A DNA stretch of 44,566 nt from Candidatus Staskawiczbacteria bacterium. GTDB taxonomy: Bacteria; Patescibacteriota; Minisyncoccia; Minisyncoccales; Staskawiczbacteraceae. The notes below the pieces were generated by a model. That model did no database searches. It saw nothing but the letters and a program-made list of their open reading frames with translations, and had not been told where the DNA came from. Shown here piece by piece: positions 26,954-36,074 of this stretch. Every line of letters begins with the position of its first letter. The first letter of the stretch is position 1. Both the position numbers and the translations under genes were made by a program. The stretch spans positions 1-44,566 of the forward strand of contig JBEKVX010000003.1 in the NCBI GenBank assembly GCA_049513595.1. Reading direction: 5' to 3'.

Positions 26954-28333
26954 ATGGATATAAAAAGTTTTAAGGGAGCTTTAGCTCAAATCGCAGAGGA
27001 AAGGGGCATTACGCCAGAAAAAGTTATTGAAACTATTGAGGCGGCAATTGCCACTGCCTACAAAAAGGACTATGGCCAAAAAGGGCAGAAAATTAAGGCA
27101 AAATTCAACCCGGTGTCGGGAGATGTTAAGTTTTGGCAGGTAAAATTGGTTGTTGACGACTCAATGCTTTACACAGAAAAAGAAATTGAAGAAATGAAAG
27201 AAAGAAAAGAAATTCCGCAGGACGAAGCAAGAGCTGGCGAAGAACCGCCCAAAAAATATGTTTTTAATCCAGAAAAACATATTATGTTTGAAGACGCCAA
27301 AAAAGATTATCCAAAAATCAAAGTTGGCGAAGAAATTGAAATTCCTTTAATTTCAAAACAGGATTATGGCAGAATCGCCGCGCAAACAGCAAAGCAGGTT
27401 ATTTTGCAAAAAATCAGAGAGGCGGAAAAAGAAACAATCTCTATTGAATATAAATCAAAGGAAGGTGAAATTGTTTCGGGAATTGTGCAGAGAATTGAAG
27501 GCCACACGGTTTTTGTGGACATTGGAAAGACATTGGGAATTTTAAACAGAGAAGAACAAATTCCAGGAGAATTTTACAGGCCAGGTCAGCGTCTGAAACT
27601 TTATATTTTAAAAGTGGAAGACACGCCAAAGGGCTCGGTTGTTATGCTTTCAAGAGCATATCCAAAATTAATTTCAAAATTATTTGAACTGGAAGTTCCC
27701 GAAGTTGCTTCTGGCGTTGTTGTTATAAAAGCAATTGCGCGCGAGCCGGGATTTCGCACAAAAATTGCAGTTGTTTCCAACGAGGAAGGCGTTGACCCGA
27801 TTGGCGCCTGCGTTGGTCAGCGTGGAACAAGAATTATGGCAGTTATAAACGAGTTGGGCGGAGAAAAAATTGATGTAATTGCTTTTGAAGAAAAGCCGGA
27901 AAAGTTTATTGCAAATGCGCTGGCTCCGGCAAAAATTGTTGATGTAAAAGTTGAAGAAAAAAATACAGCAGTTGTTTTTGTTCCAGCAGACCAGTTGTCT
28001 TTAGCTATTGGAAAAGACGGCAGAAATGTCCGCTTAGCAGCGCAACTAACCGGCTGGAAAATAGACATTAAAACAAAAGATGTGCCGGCAGAAGAAGCTG
28101 AGGGAGAAGAAGAATCAGAGGGAAAAGAAAGCGAAGAAAAGAAACCCGCCATCGCTTCCGCCTCCGATAAATCTTCGGCGGACAAGAAATCTAAGGCGGG
28201 CAAGGCAAAAAAATCTAAAAAAACGAAAACAAAAAAAGTTGGAATCGATGGCGAAGCAGTTGAAGAATCTCCAAGCGAAGTGGATGCAGAAACAGAAGAA
28301 TTGCCAGCCGACAACTCAACCGAAGAAAAATAA
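26954..28333 (+). CDS. nusA: Transcription termination factor NusA
   Basis: GRIAAQTAKQVI.Q..REAE, LFELEVPE, AREPG.RTK, DPIGACVG.RG, AIGK.G.NVRLA. Confidence 0.97.
   Translation: MDIKSFKGALAQIAEERGITPEKVIETIEAAIATAYKKDYGQKGQKIKAKFNPVSGDVKFWQVKLVVDDSMLYTEKEIEEMKERKEIPQDEARAGEEPPKKYVFNPEKHIMFEDAKKDYPKIKVGEEIEIPLISKQDYGRIAAQTAKQVILQKIREAEKETISIEYKSKEGEIVSGIVQRIEGHTVFVDIGKTLGILNREEQIPGEFYRPGQRLKLYILKVEDTPKGSVVMLSRAYPKLISKLFELEVPEVASGVVVIKAIAREPGFRTKIAVVSNEEGVDPIGACVGQRGTRIMAVINELGGEKIDVIAFEEKPEKFIANALAPAKIVDVKVEEKNTAVVFVPADQLSLAIGKDGRNVRLAAQLTGWKIDIKTKDVPAEEAEGEEESEGKESEEKKPAIASASDKSSADKKSKAGKAKKSKKTKTKKVGIDGEAVEESPSEVDAETEELPADNSTEEK
28145..28204 (+). repeat. Two nested 30-bp palindromic elements in frame within nusA
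   Basis: Outer CCCGCCATCGCT|AAATCTAAGGCGGGCAAG is interrupted by inner TCCGCCTCCGATAAATCTTCGGCGGACAAG (28157-28186). Confidence 0.75.
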
Positions 28334-28351
28334 TTAAATTTATTTTTAATT

Positions 28352-29089
28352 ATGCCAAATCCAGAAAATCGCGAGCCGCAAAGAGATCCTTTTATATATA
28401 AGGATAGTATTCTGCCGGGCACAGAAGATTCTATTGATTACAAAGAAGAAAAATTGAGAGAGCTACAAAATAATCCAAATTTAATTGTTAGGAAAGAATC
28501 TTTTGTGACGAGACCGGATGATCCAAACGGTTTGGAAAAAAATATTCAAGTTTTCTCGGATCATAAAAAATATTTTAATGAATTGAGAGAAAAATACGGA
28601 ATTAATATTCCAAATTTTGATTTAGTAATTGGAGAAACTAAAAAGGGTTCACCTGCGGTTTTCATTGTAACCGATAAAATAGATGGCAAGAGCCTAGATA
28701 GAATGGAAACCTTTCCCGAAGAAGCTGAGAAAAAATTTGAAGATTTTTATTTACGATTATTGCAGGCACTATACGATGCATTTAAAAATAAAACAGCCTT
28801 TTTAATTGACATCGGGGAAAACAATTTCATGTATGGACATAGATTAAAAAAAGAAGGCGAAGAAAATAATTTTTTCGTAACCGATGTCGGGTCTCGTAGT
28901 CTCTATGGTATTATGAGTCCTGAGCGCGAACATATTAAAATCCATTATGACGCATTCCACAAAAACGTGGTTAGGAAATATAGAAAACTTTTTGATTCCT
29001 GTAAAAATAAATTTAACCCGTCATACAATTTTGATAAAATCGAGGAAAAATTAAAAGAGATCGAAGAATATGTCGACGTTGAAGAATAA
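28352..29089 (+). CDS. Hypothetical protein, probable protein-kinase-like fold
   Basis: IVTDKIDGKSL (hinge-like), DIGENNFMYG (DxxxxN), FVTDVG (DFG-like). Confidence 0.5.
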   Translation: MPNPENREPQRDPFIYKDSILPGTEDSIDYKEEKLRELQNNPNLIVRKESFVTRPDDPNGLEKNIQVFSDHKKYFNELREKYGINIPNFDLVIGETKKGSPAVFIVTDKIDGKSLDRMETFPEEAEKKFEDFYLRLLQALYDAFKNKTAFLIDIGENNFMYGHRLKKEGEENNFFVTDVGSRSLYGIMSPEREHIKIHYDAFHKNVVRKYRKLFDSCKNKFNPSYNFDKIEEKLKEIEEYVDVEE

Positions 29090-29111
29090 AAAATAATTTA
29101 ATTAGTAATTA

Positions 29112-29195
29112 AATGATTATATTGTTAAATGGTTAAATTGTTAAACTGATTTTTAAAAACAATTTATCAATATAGCAGTATAGCAATTTAGCAAC
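29112..29195. repeat. Two degenerate 8-bp tandem arrays in inverted orientation
   Basis: TATTGTTA/AATGGTTA/AATTGTTA units, then CAATTTAT/CAATATAG/CAGTATAG/CAATTTAG units, abutting the hppA ATG. Confidence 0.65.
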
Positions 29196-31172
29196 ATGAG
29201 TCTAATATATTTTCCGATAATTGTTTCGTTGTTTGCGATTGCGTTTGTGTGGTTTCTGGTTTTGCAAATCAGAAAAGCACCGGCCGCCGGAGATAAAGCT
29301 GTGGCAATTACAGCTGCGGTACAAGAGGGCGCAATGGCGTTTTTAAAAAGACAATACAAAACAGTCGGCATTGTAGGGGTCGTAATTTTTATTTTATTAT
29401 TTTTATTGGGATGGAAAATTGCAATTGGATTTTTAATTGGAGCTGTTTTGTCTGGTGTTTCTGGCTTTATTGGAATGATTGTTTCGACGCAGGCAAACAC
29501 AAGAGTTGCTGAAAGCGCGAAAAGGGGCTTGGCAAAGGCATTGGATATTTCTTTTAAGGGTGGATTGATTACTGGCTTAATGGTTGTCAGTTTAGGTTTG
29601 TTATCGGTTTCAGGATATTATTTTTTAACTGGAATTTCGGGATTAATTGGTTTGGGATTTGGCGCGTCGCTCATTTCTGTTTTTGCCAGAGTGGGCGGAG
29701 GAATTTACACGAAAGCAGCCGACGTAGGAGCGGACTTGGTTGGAAAAGTTGAAAAAGGAATTCCAGAAGACGACCCAAGAAATCCGGCAGTTATTGCCGA
29801 CCAGGTTGGCGATAATGTTGGCGACTGCGCTGGCATGGCAGCAGATATTTTTGAAACTTATGCTGTCACCACAGTTGCCACAATGATTTTAGGAGCGCTT
29901 TTATTTCCGCGAAGCCCGCAATTTATTTTGTTGCCGTTAATTTTGGGAAGCGTTTCGATTTTAACTTCTATTATTGGCAGTTATTTTGTGAAACTCGGAA
30001 AATCGCAAAATATAATGGGAGCAATGTATAAAGGAATTGCAGCAACGGTTGTTTTATCGGCAATTGCTTTTTATCCTGTAATTTCAAAATTAATGGCAGG
30101 ACAGGCGATTTCTGTAATAAATTTGTGGGCTTCTACTTTAGTGGGCTTGGTAATTACAATTGGAATGTTTATCATCACAGAATATTATACTTCAAAAAAA
30201 TATAATCCGGTAAAATCAATTGCCAAGGCATCGGAAACTGGCCACGCCACAAATATTATCCGCGGAATTGGTTTGGGAATGCAGTCAACAGCATATCCTG
30301 TTTTGTTAATTGCGCTTGGAACAATTTTAAGTTTTTGGTTAGCAGGAATTTATGGAGTGGCGCTGGCGGTTATGGCAATGTTGTCGGTTTCTGGAATTGT
30401 TGTTGGAGTTGACGCTTATGGACCAATTACAGACAACGCTGGTGGAATTGCAGAAATGGCGGGAATGCCAGAAGACATCAGAAAAATTACAGACGCGCTG
30501 GACGCAGTTGGCAACACAACAAAAGCAGTTACAAAGGGCTACGCAATTGCGTCAGCCGGCCTGGCGGCATTGGTTTTGTTTTCTGCATATTCAGAAAAGG
30601 TTGGAGTAAGCGGAATAACATTTTCTTTAAACGACCCAAAAGTTATTGCCGGACTTTTAATTGGCGGGCTTCTTCCCTATTTGTTTGCATCATTTTTAAT
30701 GGGAGCTGTTGGAAAAACAGCTGGAAAAGTTGTTGAAGAAGTTCGCAGGCAATTTAAAAATATTGTTGGCTTAATGGAAGGAACTGCAAAACCAGAATAT
30801 GGAAAATGCGTTGATATTGTTACAAAAGCAGCCATAAAAGAAATGATGGTGCCAGCTTTAATTCCAATTGCTGCTCCAATTTTAGTTGGATTTATTTTGG
30901 GACCCGAAGCTCTTGGCGGATTGTTAATTGGCGCAATTGTTACTGGATTATTTGTGGGAATTTCAATGACCACCGGAGGAGCCGCCTGGGATAATGCCAA
31001 AAAATACATTGAGGGCGGAGCTTACGGAGGCAAAGGAAGTTTTGCCCACCAAGCCGCAGTCACCGGCGACACCGTAGGCGACCCGTACAAAGACACCGCC
31101 GGCCCAGCCATTAACCCAATGATTAAAGTGTTGAATATTGTCGCGCTCCTAATTGTCGCGTTTCTAGTTTAA
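29196..31172 (+). CDS. hppA: Membrane-bound ion-translocating pyrophosphatase
   Basis: [54 protein letters not shown]. Confidence 0.96.
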   Translation: MSLIYFPIIVSLFAIAFVWFLVLQIRKAPAAGDKAVAITAAVQEGAMAFLKRQYKTVGIVGVVIFILLFLLGWKIAIGFLIGAVLSGVSGFIGMIVSTQANTRVAESAKRGLAKALDISFKGGLITGLMVVSLGLLSVSGYYFLTGISGLIGLGFGASLISVFARVGGGIYTKAADVGADLVGKVEKGIPEDDPRNPAVIADQVGDNVGDCAGMAADIFETYAVTTVATMILGALLFPRSPQFILLPLILGSVSILTSIIGSYFVKLGKSQNIMGAMYKGIAATVVLSAIAFYPVISKLMAGQAISVINLWASTLVGLVITIGMFIITEYYTSKKYNPVKSIAKASETGHATNIIRGIGLGMQSTAYPVLLIALGTILSFWLAGIYGVALAVMAMLSVSGIVVGVDAYGPITDNAGGIAEMAGMPEDIRKITDALDAVGNTTKAVTKGYAIASAGLAALVLFSAYSEKVGVSGITFSLNDPKVIAGLLIGGLLPYLFASFLMGAVGKTAGKVVEEVRRQFKNIVGLMEGTAKPEYGKCVDIVTKAAIKEMMVPALIPIAAPILVGFILGPEALGGLLIGAIVTGLFVGISMTTGGAAWDNAKKYIEGGAYGGKGSFAHQAAVTGDTVGDPYKDTAGPAINPMIKVLNIVALLIVAFLV

Positions 31173-31211
31173 CGAATAGCCCAAAGCCAAAAACTTTGGG
31201 CTATTAAATTT

Positions 31212-32486
31212 ATGAAAACAAATTTGGAGCCCAAAAAGGCCCAATGGCTTAACAAATACAGACAGAATATTGAGCTGGAACCATTTTTTCAAAGAGGAAC
31301 AGTTTGGAGTGATGACAAAAAGAGATATTTTGTTGATTCTCTTTTAAAGGGTTGGGGAACTCCCAAGATTTTTCTTTGGGAGATAGAAAAAGATTCTTAT
31401 GCCTGTTTAGATGGTAAGCAAAGACTTACAAGTTTGTTTAAGTTTATGGCCGATGAATTGGCATTAAAAGAAGAATATTCTACTGGTTTTGGCGGCAAAA
31501 AATATTCTGAACTTCCTGTACCCATACAAGATGCCCTTGATAATTATGAGTTTTCAATAGAATTTTTGAGCGAAGCGACAGATGATGAAGTAATAGAATT
31601 GTACAAAAGACTACAAGGGGGCACGCCTTTAAATTTTGGTGAGAAGCTTTTTGCTATGACGGGAAAAATGAACGAATTTATAAAAAACAAATTGGTCAAT
31701 AAAAATTTTTTTAAGGAAAAGATATCGCTCCCCAATACACGATATTCTCACTATGCTATTTGTGCTCAATTATCGTTATTGGTGATAAAAGGAGCAAAAG
31801 AAGATTTAAAATTGAAGAACTTAGAAAAATTTTTTAAAGATTACAGTAGCTTTAATTACAAAAGTCCCGAAGCTAACAAAATTTTCGACGTTTTAGGGCG
31901 CCTAGAAAAAGCTTTTCCAGGCAACAATGATCCTGCTCTTAGGAATCGCGCGAATGTCATTTCTATTTTTTATCTTTTATCAGATATAGCAACTCGAGGC
32001 GATATATCCGGGAAAGAAAAGGAAATAGGGTCTTTCTTCAAAAAATTTGTAAAAGATATTCAAAAAGAATTTGAAAAAAGACCAGAAGAGCGCGATCCCG
32101 AGATATTGAGCTATCAATCTGCGGTTACACAGGGAGCCGATAAAATTAAATCCATAAACATAAGGCACAATATTTTATTAGAAAAACTTGCTACTAAGAA
32201 CAAATTTTTTTATAGCCTTATTCATCCAATTTCGCCTATGGATAGGTTTATTAAAATTTATAATCTCGCAAGAATAAGGTTAAAACTAAAAAACCCAGAA
32301 AGATTTGATGAGTGGCTTATTAAAAATAAGGGTCTTTTAGATATAAAATGCCCAGCATCTCGTGGTAAAAAAGAAACATTTATTGGCCATATTCGTCATT
32401 GTTTTTCTCATCCAGAGCATGGCAATTTTACATTGAGAGACATCCAAAAAGGAAGTAAAATTTTGAACGAAATATTGAAAAAATAA
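31212..32486 (+). CDS. DUF262 (GmrS/ParB-like) domain protein with C-terminal RxxxxH motif
   Basis: PFFQRGTVW, LDGKQRLTS, YKRLQGGTPL. C-terminal IRHCFSHPE. Confidence 0.75.
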   Translation: MKTNLEPKKAQWLNKYRQNIELEPFFQRGTVWSDDKKRYFVDSLLKGWGTPKIFLWEIEKDSYACLDGKQRLTSLFKFMADELALKEEYSTGFGGKKYSELPVPIQDALDNYEFSIEFLSEATDDEVIELYKRLQGGTPLNFGEKLFAMTGKMNEFIKNKLVNKNFFKEKISLPNTRYSHYAICAQLSLLVIKGAKEDLKLKNLEKFFKDYSSFNYKSPEANKIFDVLGRLEKAFPGNNDPALRNRANVISIFYLLSDIATRGDISGKEKEIGSFFKKFVKDIQKEFEKRPEERDPEILSYQSAVTQGADKIKSINIRHNILLEKLATKNKFFYSLIHPISPMDRFIKIYNLARIRLKLKNPERFDEWLIKNKGLLDIKCPASRGKKETFIGHIRHCFSHPEHGNFTLRDIQKGSKILNEILKK

Positions 32487-32540
32487 AAAATAAATTTATG
32501 GTGGACAAAAAATAAATAAATAAAATTAAATTTTTAAAAT

Positions 32541-32936
32541 ATGAGCGCATTTAATTGGTATTCGCAATTAGTCAAACCATTTTGGGCGCCGCCGGCTTGG
32601 CTTTTTGCGCCGGTCTGGACAATTTTGTATGTTTTAATAATTATTTCTTTTGGATTTGTTTTTTACAAAACCATAAAAAAGAAATTGTCGTGGAAGGTGT
32701 CTTTGCCGTTTTTGCTGAATTTGATTTTTAATTTTGCTTTCTCGCCGATTCAGTTTGGATTGCGAAACAATTTTTTGGCTGCCATTGATATTATTTTGGT
32801 GCTGGCAACCCTTGTTTGGGCAATGATTGCGATTTACCGCCGCGTGCGATGGGTATTTTGGGCAAACGTGCCGTATTCGGCGTGGGTAACTTTTGCGACA
32901 ATTTTACAACTTACAGTTACATATCTTAATCACTAA
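32541..32936 (+). CDS. tspO: TspO/MBR family protein
   Basis: WY..L.KP.WAPP.WLF.PVW..LY, PY.AW..FA..L. Confidence 0.9.
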   Translation: MSAFNWYSQLVKPFWAPPAWLFAPVWTILYVLIIISFGFVFYKTIKKKLSWKVSLPFLLNLIFNFAFSPIQFGLRNNFLAAIDIILVLATLVWAMIAIYRRVRWVFWANVPYSAWVTFATILQLTVTYLNH

Positions 32937-32952
32937 ATTAAAAAATAAATTC

Positions 32953-32966
32953 ATATCGCTACGCTA
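32953..32966 (+). repeat. Dispersed intergenic motif, copy 2
   Basis: ATATCGCTACGCTA, ending 9 nt before ATG 32976. Confidence 0.85.
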
Positions 32967-32975
32967 CTTAAATTT

Positions 32976-33422
32976 ATGGTAAAAGAAAGATTAAAAGCAG
33001 TTCCGTCGTCATATTTGGTGCTGATAAAAGATGGAAAGATTTTGCTTTTGAGAAGGTTTAACACGGGCTACGAAGATGGAAATTATAGTTTTCCTGCCGG
33101 ACATGTTGATAAAGGCGAAAATTTTACGCAATGCATAGTCAGAGAGGCAAAAGAAGAAATTGGAGTAAATTTAAATCCAAAAGATTTGAAGGTTGTTCAT
33201 GTTATGCACAGAAATTCGGGCGAGGTAGATATAGGAAATAGAATTGATGTATTTTTCACGGCCGATAAATGGGAGGGAAATATTGAAAATAAAGAACCGA
33301 ATAAATGTGATGATTTGTCGTGGTTCGACTTAAATAATTTGCCTGAAAATATAATTCCATATATTAGGCAGGCGATAGATTGTATAAAAAATAAAATAAT
33401 TTACAGCGAATTCGGCTGGTAA
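32976..33422 (+). CDS. NUDIX hydrolase
   Basis: RRFNTGYEDG, PAGHVD.GE......REAKEEIG, EPNKCDDL.WF. Confidence 0.9.
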   Translation: MVKERLKAVPSSYLVLIKDGKILLLRRFNTGYEDGNYSFPAGHVDKGENFTQCIVREAKEEIGVNLNPKDLKVVHVMHRNSGEVDIGNRIDVFFTADKWEGNIENKEPNKCDDLSWFDLNNLPENIIPYIRQAIDCIKNKIIYSEFGW

Positions 33423-33445
33423 AATAATAATTAAAAAATAAAATT

Positions 33446-33601
33446 ATGGTAAAAGGAAATTTTATCGGCGCGGCAATTGTCGCAATAATCTACACGGTTT
33501 ATATTTTAGTGCATCCGTTTTCGCAAAAATGGCAAATGGTGTTAATATTGGTGGTTCTTAATGCTTTAACTATTGTGTTGATGTCTTTTGCATTCAAGTA
33601 A
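33446..33601 (+). CDS. Small 2-TM membrane protein (51 aa, below the ORF-track cutoff)
   Basis: MVKGNFIGAAIVAIIYTVYILVHPFSQKWQMVLILVVLNALTIVLMSFAFK fills the gap with a host-style AT-rich leader. Confidence 0.6.
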   Translation: MVKGNFIGAAIVAIIYTVYILVHPFSQKWQMVLILVVLNALTIVLMSFAFK

Positions 33602-33616
33602 AAAGTTAATTTAGAA

Positions 33617-33895
33617 ATGAAAAATAAATTTATGGAGGATGATATTAAAAAAGAAATTGAACTGATAAAGGAAAGGAATAAAAGGGTTGAGGCGGATAAG
33701 GCGTGGGAAACCAGCGGCACGCGTGTTTTTTCGATTGTGGCGATGACATATATTATTACTTCAATTGTTTTTTATTTTATCGGCGTTAAAAATTATTTGT
33801 TGAGTGCGCTTATTCCAACTGTTGGATTTTATCTTTCAACGCAATCGCTCCCCTTTATTAAAAAATGGTGGATTAAAAAATTTGTAAAAAAATAA
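33617..33895 (+). CDS. Small membrane protein
   Basis: ERNKRVEADKAWETS.TR plus two TM helices. The start may be 33632. Confidence 0.75.
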   Translation: MKNKFMEDDIKKEIELIKERNKRVEADKAWETSGTRVFSIVAMTYIITSIVFYFIGVKNYLLSALIPTVGFYLSTQSLPFIKKWWIKKFVKK

Positions 33896-33896
33896 A

Positions 33897-34517
33897 ATGA
33901 TAAAAGCAGTTATATTTGATTATGGAGGAGTATTAAAAGAACCGCACGGACTTTATGTGGATATTGCTGATTTGTACAAACTTCCGAAAGAATATGTTTC
34001 AAGCAAACGCGAAGAAGCAAAGCCAGTTATGGAGTTGTTTGATAAGGGCCTTTTAAGCGAGGAAGATTTTTGGGAAAAAGTTTCTAAAATACTCGGTCAT
34101 CCCATACCCAAAGATATAACAAAAACCGTGCGAGAAGTTATGAGGGAAACTTATAAAAAAGATTTTGCGTTTTTTCCCGAAATGCTGGAATTTAACAAAG
34201 AGTTGCGCGCTCGCGGAATTAAAACCGCGGTTTTGTCTAACATTTTAATTTTTCAGGCAGAAGTGATAAGGGAAAAAGAAGGATATAAAGATTTTGACGC
34301 GGTTATTTTGTCTTACCAGGAAGGTTTGCGCAAGCCAGGAGATTTGGATTTTTATCATTTAGCTCCAAAAAGATTGGGGGTAAAGCCGGAAGAATGTATT
34401 TTTATAGACGACAAAGAAGAAAATTTGCCTCCGGCTCAGTCCATTGGAATAAAAACAGTTTTGTTTAAAAATTCCCAGCAAGCTATAAAAGAAATTTTAG
34501 AAATTATTAAAAAATAA
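33897..34517 (+). CDS. HAD family phosphatase
   Basis: IKAVIFDYGGVL, LSN, RKP, FIDD. Confidence 0.9.
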   Translation: MIKAVIFDYGGVLKEPHGLYVDIADLYKLPKEYVSSKREEAKPVMELFDKGLLSEEDFWEKVSKILGHPIPKDITKTVREVMRETYKKDFAFFPEMLEFNKELRARGIKTAVLSNILIFQAEVIREKEGYKDFDAVILSYQEGLRKPGDLDFYHLAPKRLGVKPEECIFIDDKEENLPPAQSIGIKTVLFKNSQQAIKEILEIIKK

Positions 34518-34521
34518 TTTT

Positions 34522-34535
34522 ATATCGCTACGCTA
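34522..34535 (+). repeat. Dispersed intergenic motif, copy 3
   Basis: ATATCGCTACGCTA, ending 11 nt before ATG 34547. Confidence 0.85.
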
Positions 34536-34546
34536 AATTAAAATTC

Positions 34547-35176
34547 ATGGCAAAAGATAAAAAGAAAAAATTAAATAAGGACTTGGATGTTGCGCATTTG
34601 ACGCGCTTTTTGTTTGAGGTTGGCACTATGCGAAAAATTGCCCGCATACATCGCCAGGTTTTGTTTACAGACGATTTGTCGGACAATATCGCCACGCATT
34701 CTTTTAGGGTGGCTTTTATCGGATTTGTTTTGGCAAAAATGGAGGGAGTTGACTGGCAAAAAGTTGTTATGATGTGCCTTTTGCACGACACAGGCGAAAG
34801 CCGCAGCAACGACCATAATTGGGTTCACAAAAGATATGTCAGCGACAACGAAAATCAAATTTTAAATGAGCAGCTTGGGTCTTTGCCGTTTCCCGAACTT
34901 GCCCGGCTCGGCCGAGAATATGTTGAGCGGAAAACCAAGGAAGCCATTGTTGCCAAAGATGCGGATGTTCTTGACCAGGTTTTGCTTTTGCGAGAATACG
35001 AGTGGCAGGGCAATAAAGAGGCGGCTATTTGGCTTGTGGGAAAGCACAAAAGACCTTATGCTTATTTGGATTACACAAAAACAGAGAGCGCCAAAATTCT
35101 TGGCAAGGAAATCTACGACCAGAATCCTTCAAGCTGGTGGGACAATTTGTGGACTCGTCACCGCAAAACAAACTGA
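34547..35176 (+). CDS. HD domain hydrolase (YfbR/HDDC2-like)
   Basis: NIATHSFRV, LLHDTGE, AKDAD.LD. Confidence 0.85.
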   Translation: MAKDKKKKLNKDLDVAHLTRFLFEVGTMRKIARIHRQVLFTDDLSDNIATHSFRVAFIGFVLAKMEGVDWQKVVMMCLLHDTGESRSNDHNWVHKRYVSDNENQILNEQLGSLPFPELARLGREYVERKTKEAIVAKDADVLDQVLLLREYEWQGNKEAAIWLVGKHKRPYAYLDYTKTESAKILGKEIYDQNPSSWWDNLWTRHRKTN

Positions 35177-35370
35177 GCCGAAGCATAAATTAAAAAAAGT
35201 GAATGGCGTGAAATTTCGCTCGAGAAAATATGGAAATAAACCCTCCAAACTCTTCAGGGCAAGAAAAATGTCCGCTTTGGGTGTATGTTATCGCGGTTAT
35301 TGTGGTTTTGGCGATAATTAATTTTTTTATCAGGTCGCAGAATATATTTGTGTTTTCCGATAGAAAAATG

Positions 35371-35446
35371 AAAGCGGGCCTGCAGGCCGCTTTTTGGTTG
35401 ACAAACCGGTATAAAGTGTTAGTTTTAAAGAGGTGCAGTTCTTTGA
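35371..35446 (+). promoter_or_regulatory. Terminator hairpin abutting a sigma70-like promoter and a boxA-like motif
   Basis: AAAGCGG...CCGCTTTTT (35371-35395), TTGACA 35398-35403, TG-n-TAGTTT, GTTCTTTGA 35438-35446. Confidence 0.5.
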
Positions 35447-35480
35447 TTCCATTGTTCCCGGCTTTAACATGGAGAGTATC

Positions 35481-35987
35481 ATGAACGGTATAAAAATTTT
35501 GGGTCTTGCGCTGTGCATTGTCAGCACTGTCGGTCTGGCCTGTTTCGGCATTTCTCTTCTTAAAGATGATAATGTCGTTGGTTACGTGATGCTCACGTTA
35601 GCACTCATTGTGGGCACAAGTTTTGCCGTTGACGGAGGAGAAACTCCAAAGGGATTTGTAAAAAATGCAATTAGTTTTTCCTGCCTTATAATTTGCTTCG
35701 CCATCGTTGCAGGATTGTTATGCGCCGGCGCTTGTTTGGGAAATTTGATTGTCGAAAAATCCCACATGGTTACATACAGCTGGTACCAGCCATCTGGAGG
35801 CCCGGATATGGGCAAGTGGAAGCAGGGACCCGACATGGTTTTTTTGCCGGCAATAATTATCCTTTTCTTCGCTTTGGTTGGCGTCGCAGTGGGCATTATT
35901 GTTTCTTGGCTGCTGTCTTGGCTGTGCAGCAGATTAACCAAAAAACTGTTTGGCAAGAAGCTATGGGAGGACTATTATGGGGATTGA
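35481..35987 (+). CDS. GC-richer orphan membrane protein (about 4 TM)
   Basis: GGAG at 35471-35474 before ATG 35481. Followed by a terminator. Confidence 0.65.
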   Translation: MNGIKILGLALCIVSTVGLACFGISLLKDDNVVGYVMLTLALIVGTSFAVDGGETPKGFVKNAISFSCLIICFAIVAGLLCAGACLGNLIVEKSHMVTYSWYQPSGGPDMGKWKQGPDMVFLPAIIILFFALVGVAVGIIVSWLLSWLCSRLTKKLFGKKLWEDYYGD

Positions 35988-36011
35988 CCGCTTTTCGTAA
36001 GCGGTTTTTTT
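35987..36011 (+). terminator. Intrinsic terminator
   Basis: ACCGCTT-TTCGT-AAGCGGT followed by a T-tract. Confidence 0.75.
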
Positions 36012-36074
36012 ATTGCAGGAAGTTGATTTGTTGTAAAAAAAGTGGTAAATTAGACAATATTAAATATAAAATTT

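Noticed and set aside
22354-34535. The 14-bp repeats as a CRISPR array or classical attC sites
   Set aside because: The copies are kilobases apart, short and non-palindromic, lack RYYYAAC/GTTRRRY ends, and no cas or intI gene is present.
35230-35484. 84-aa ORF MEINPPNSSG... with one TM segment
   Set aside because: Its 3' half runs through a terminator and promoter. It may be a real or decayed small gene, but the boundaries cannot be supported.
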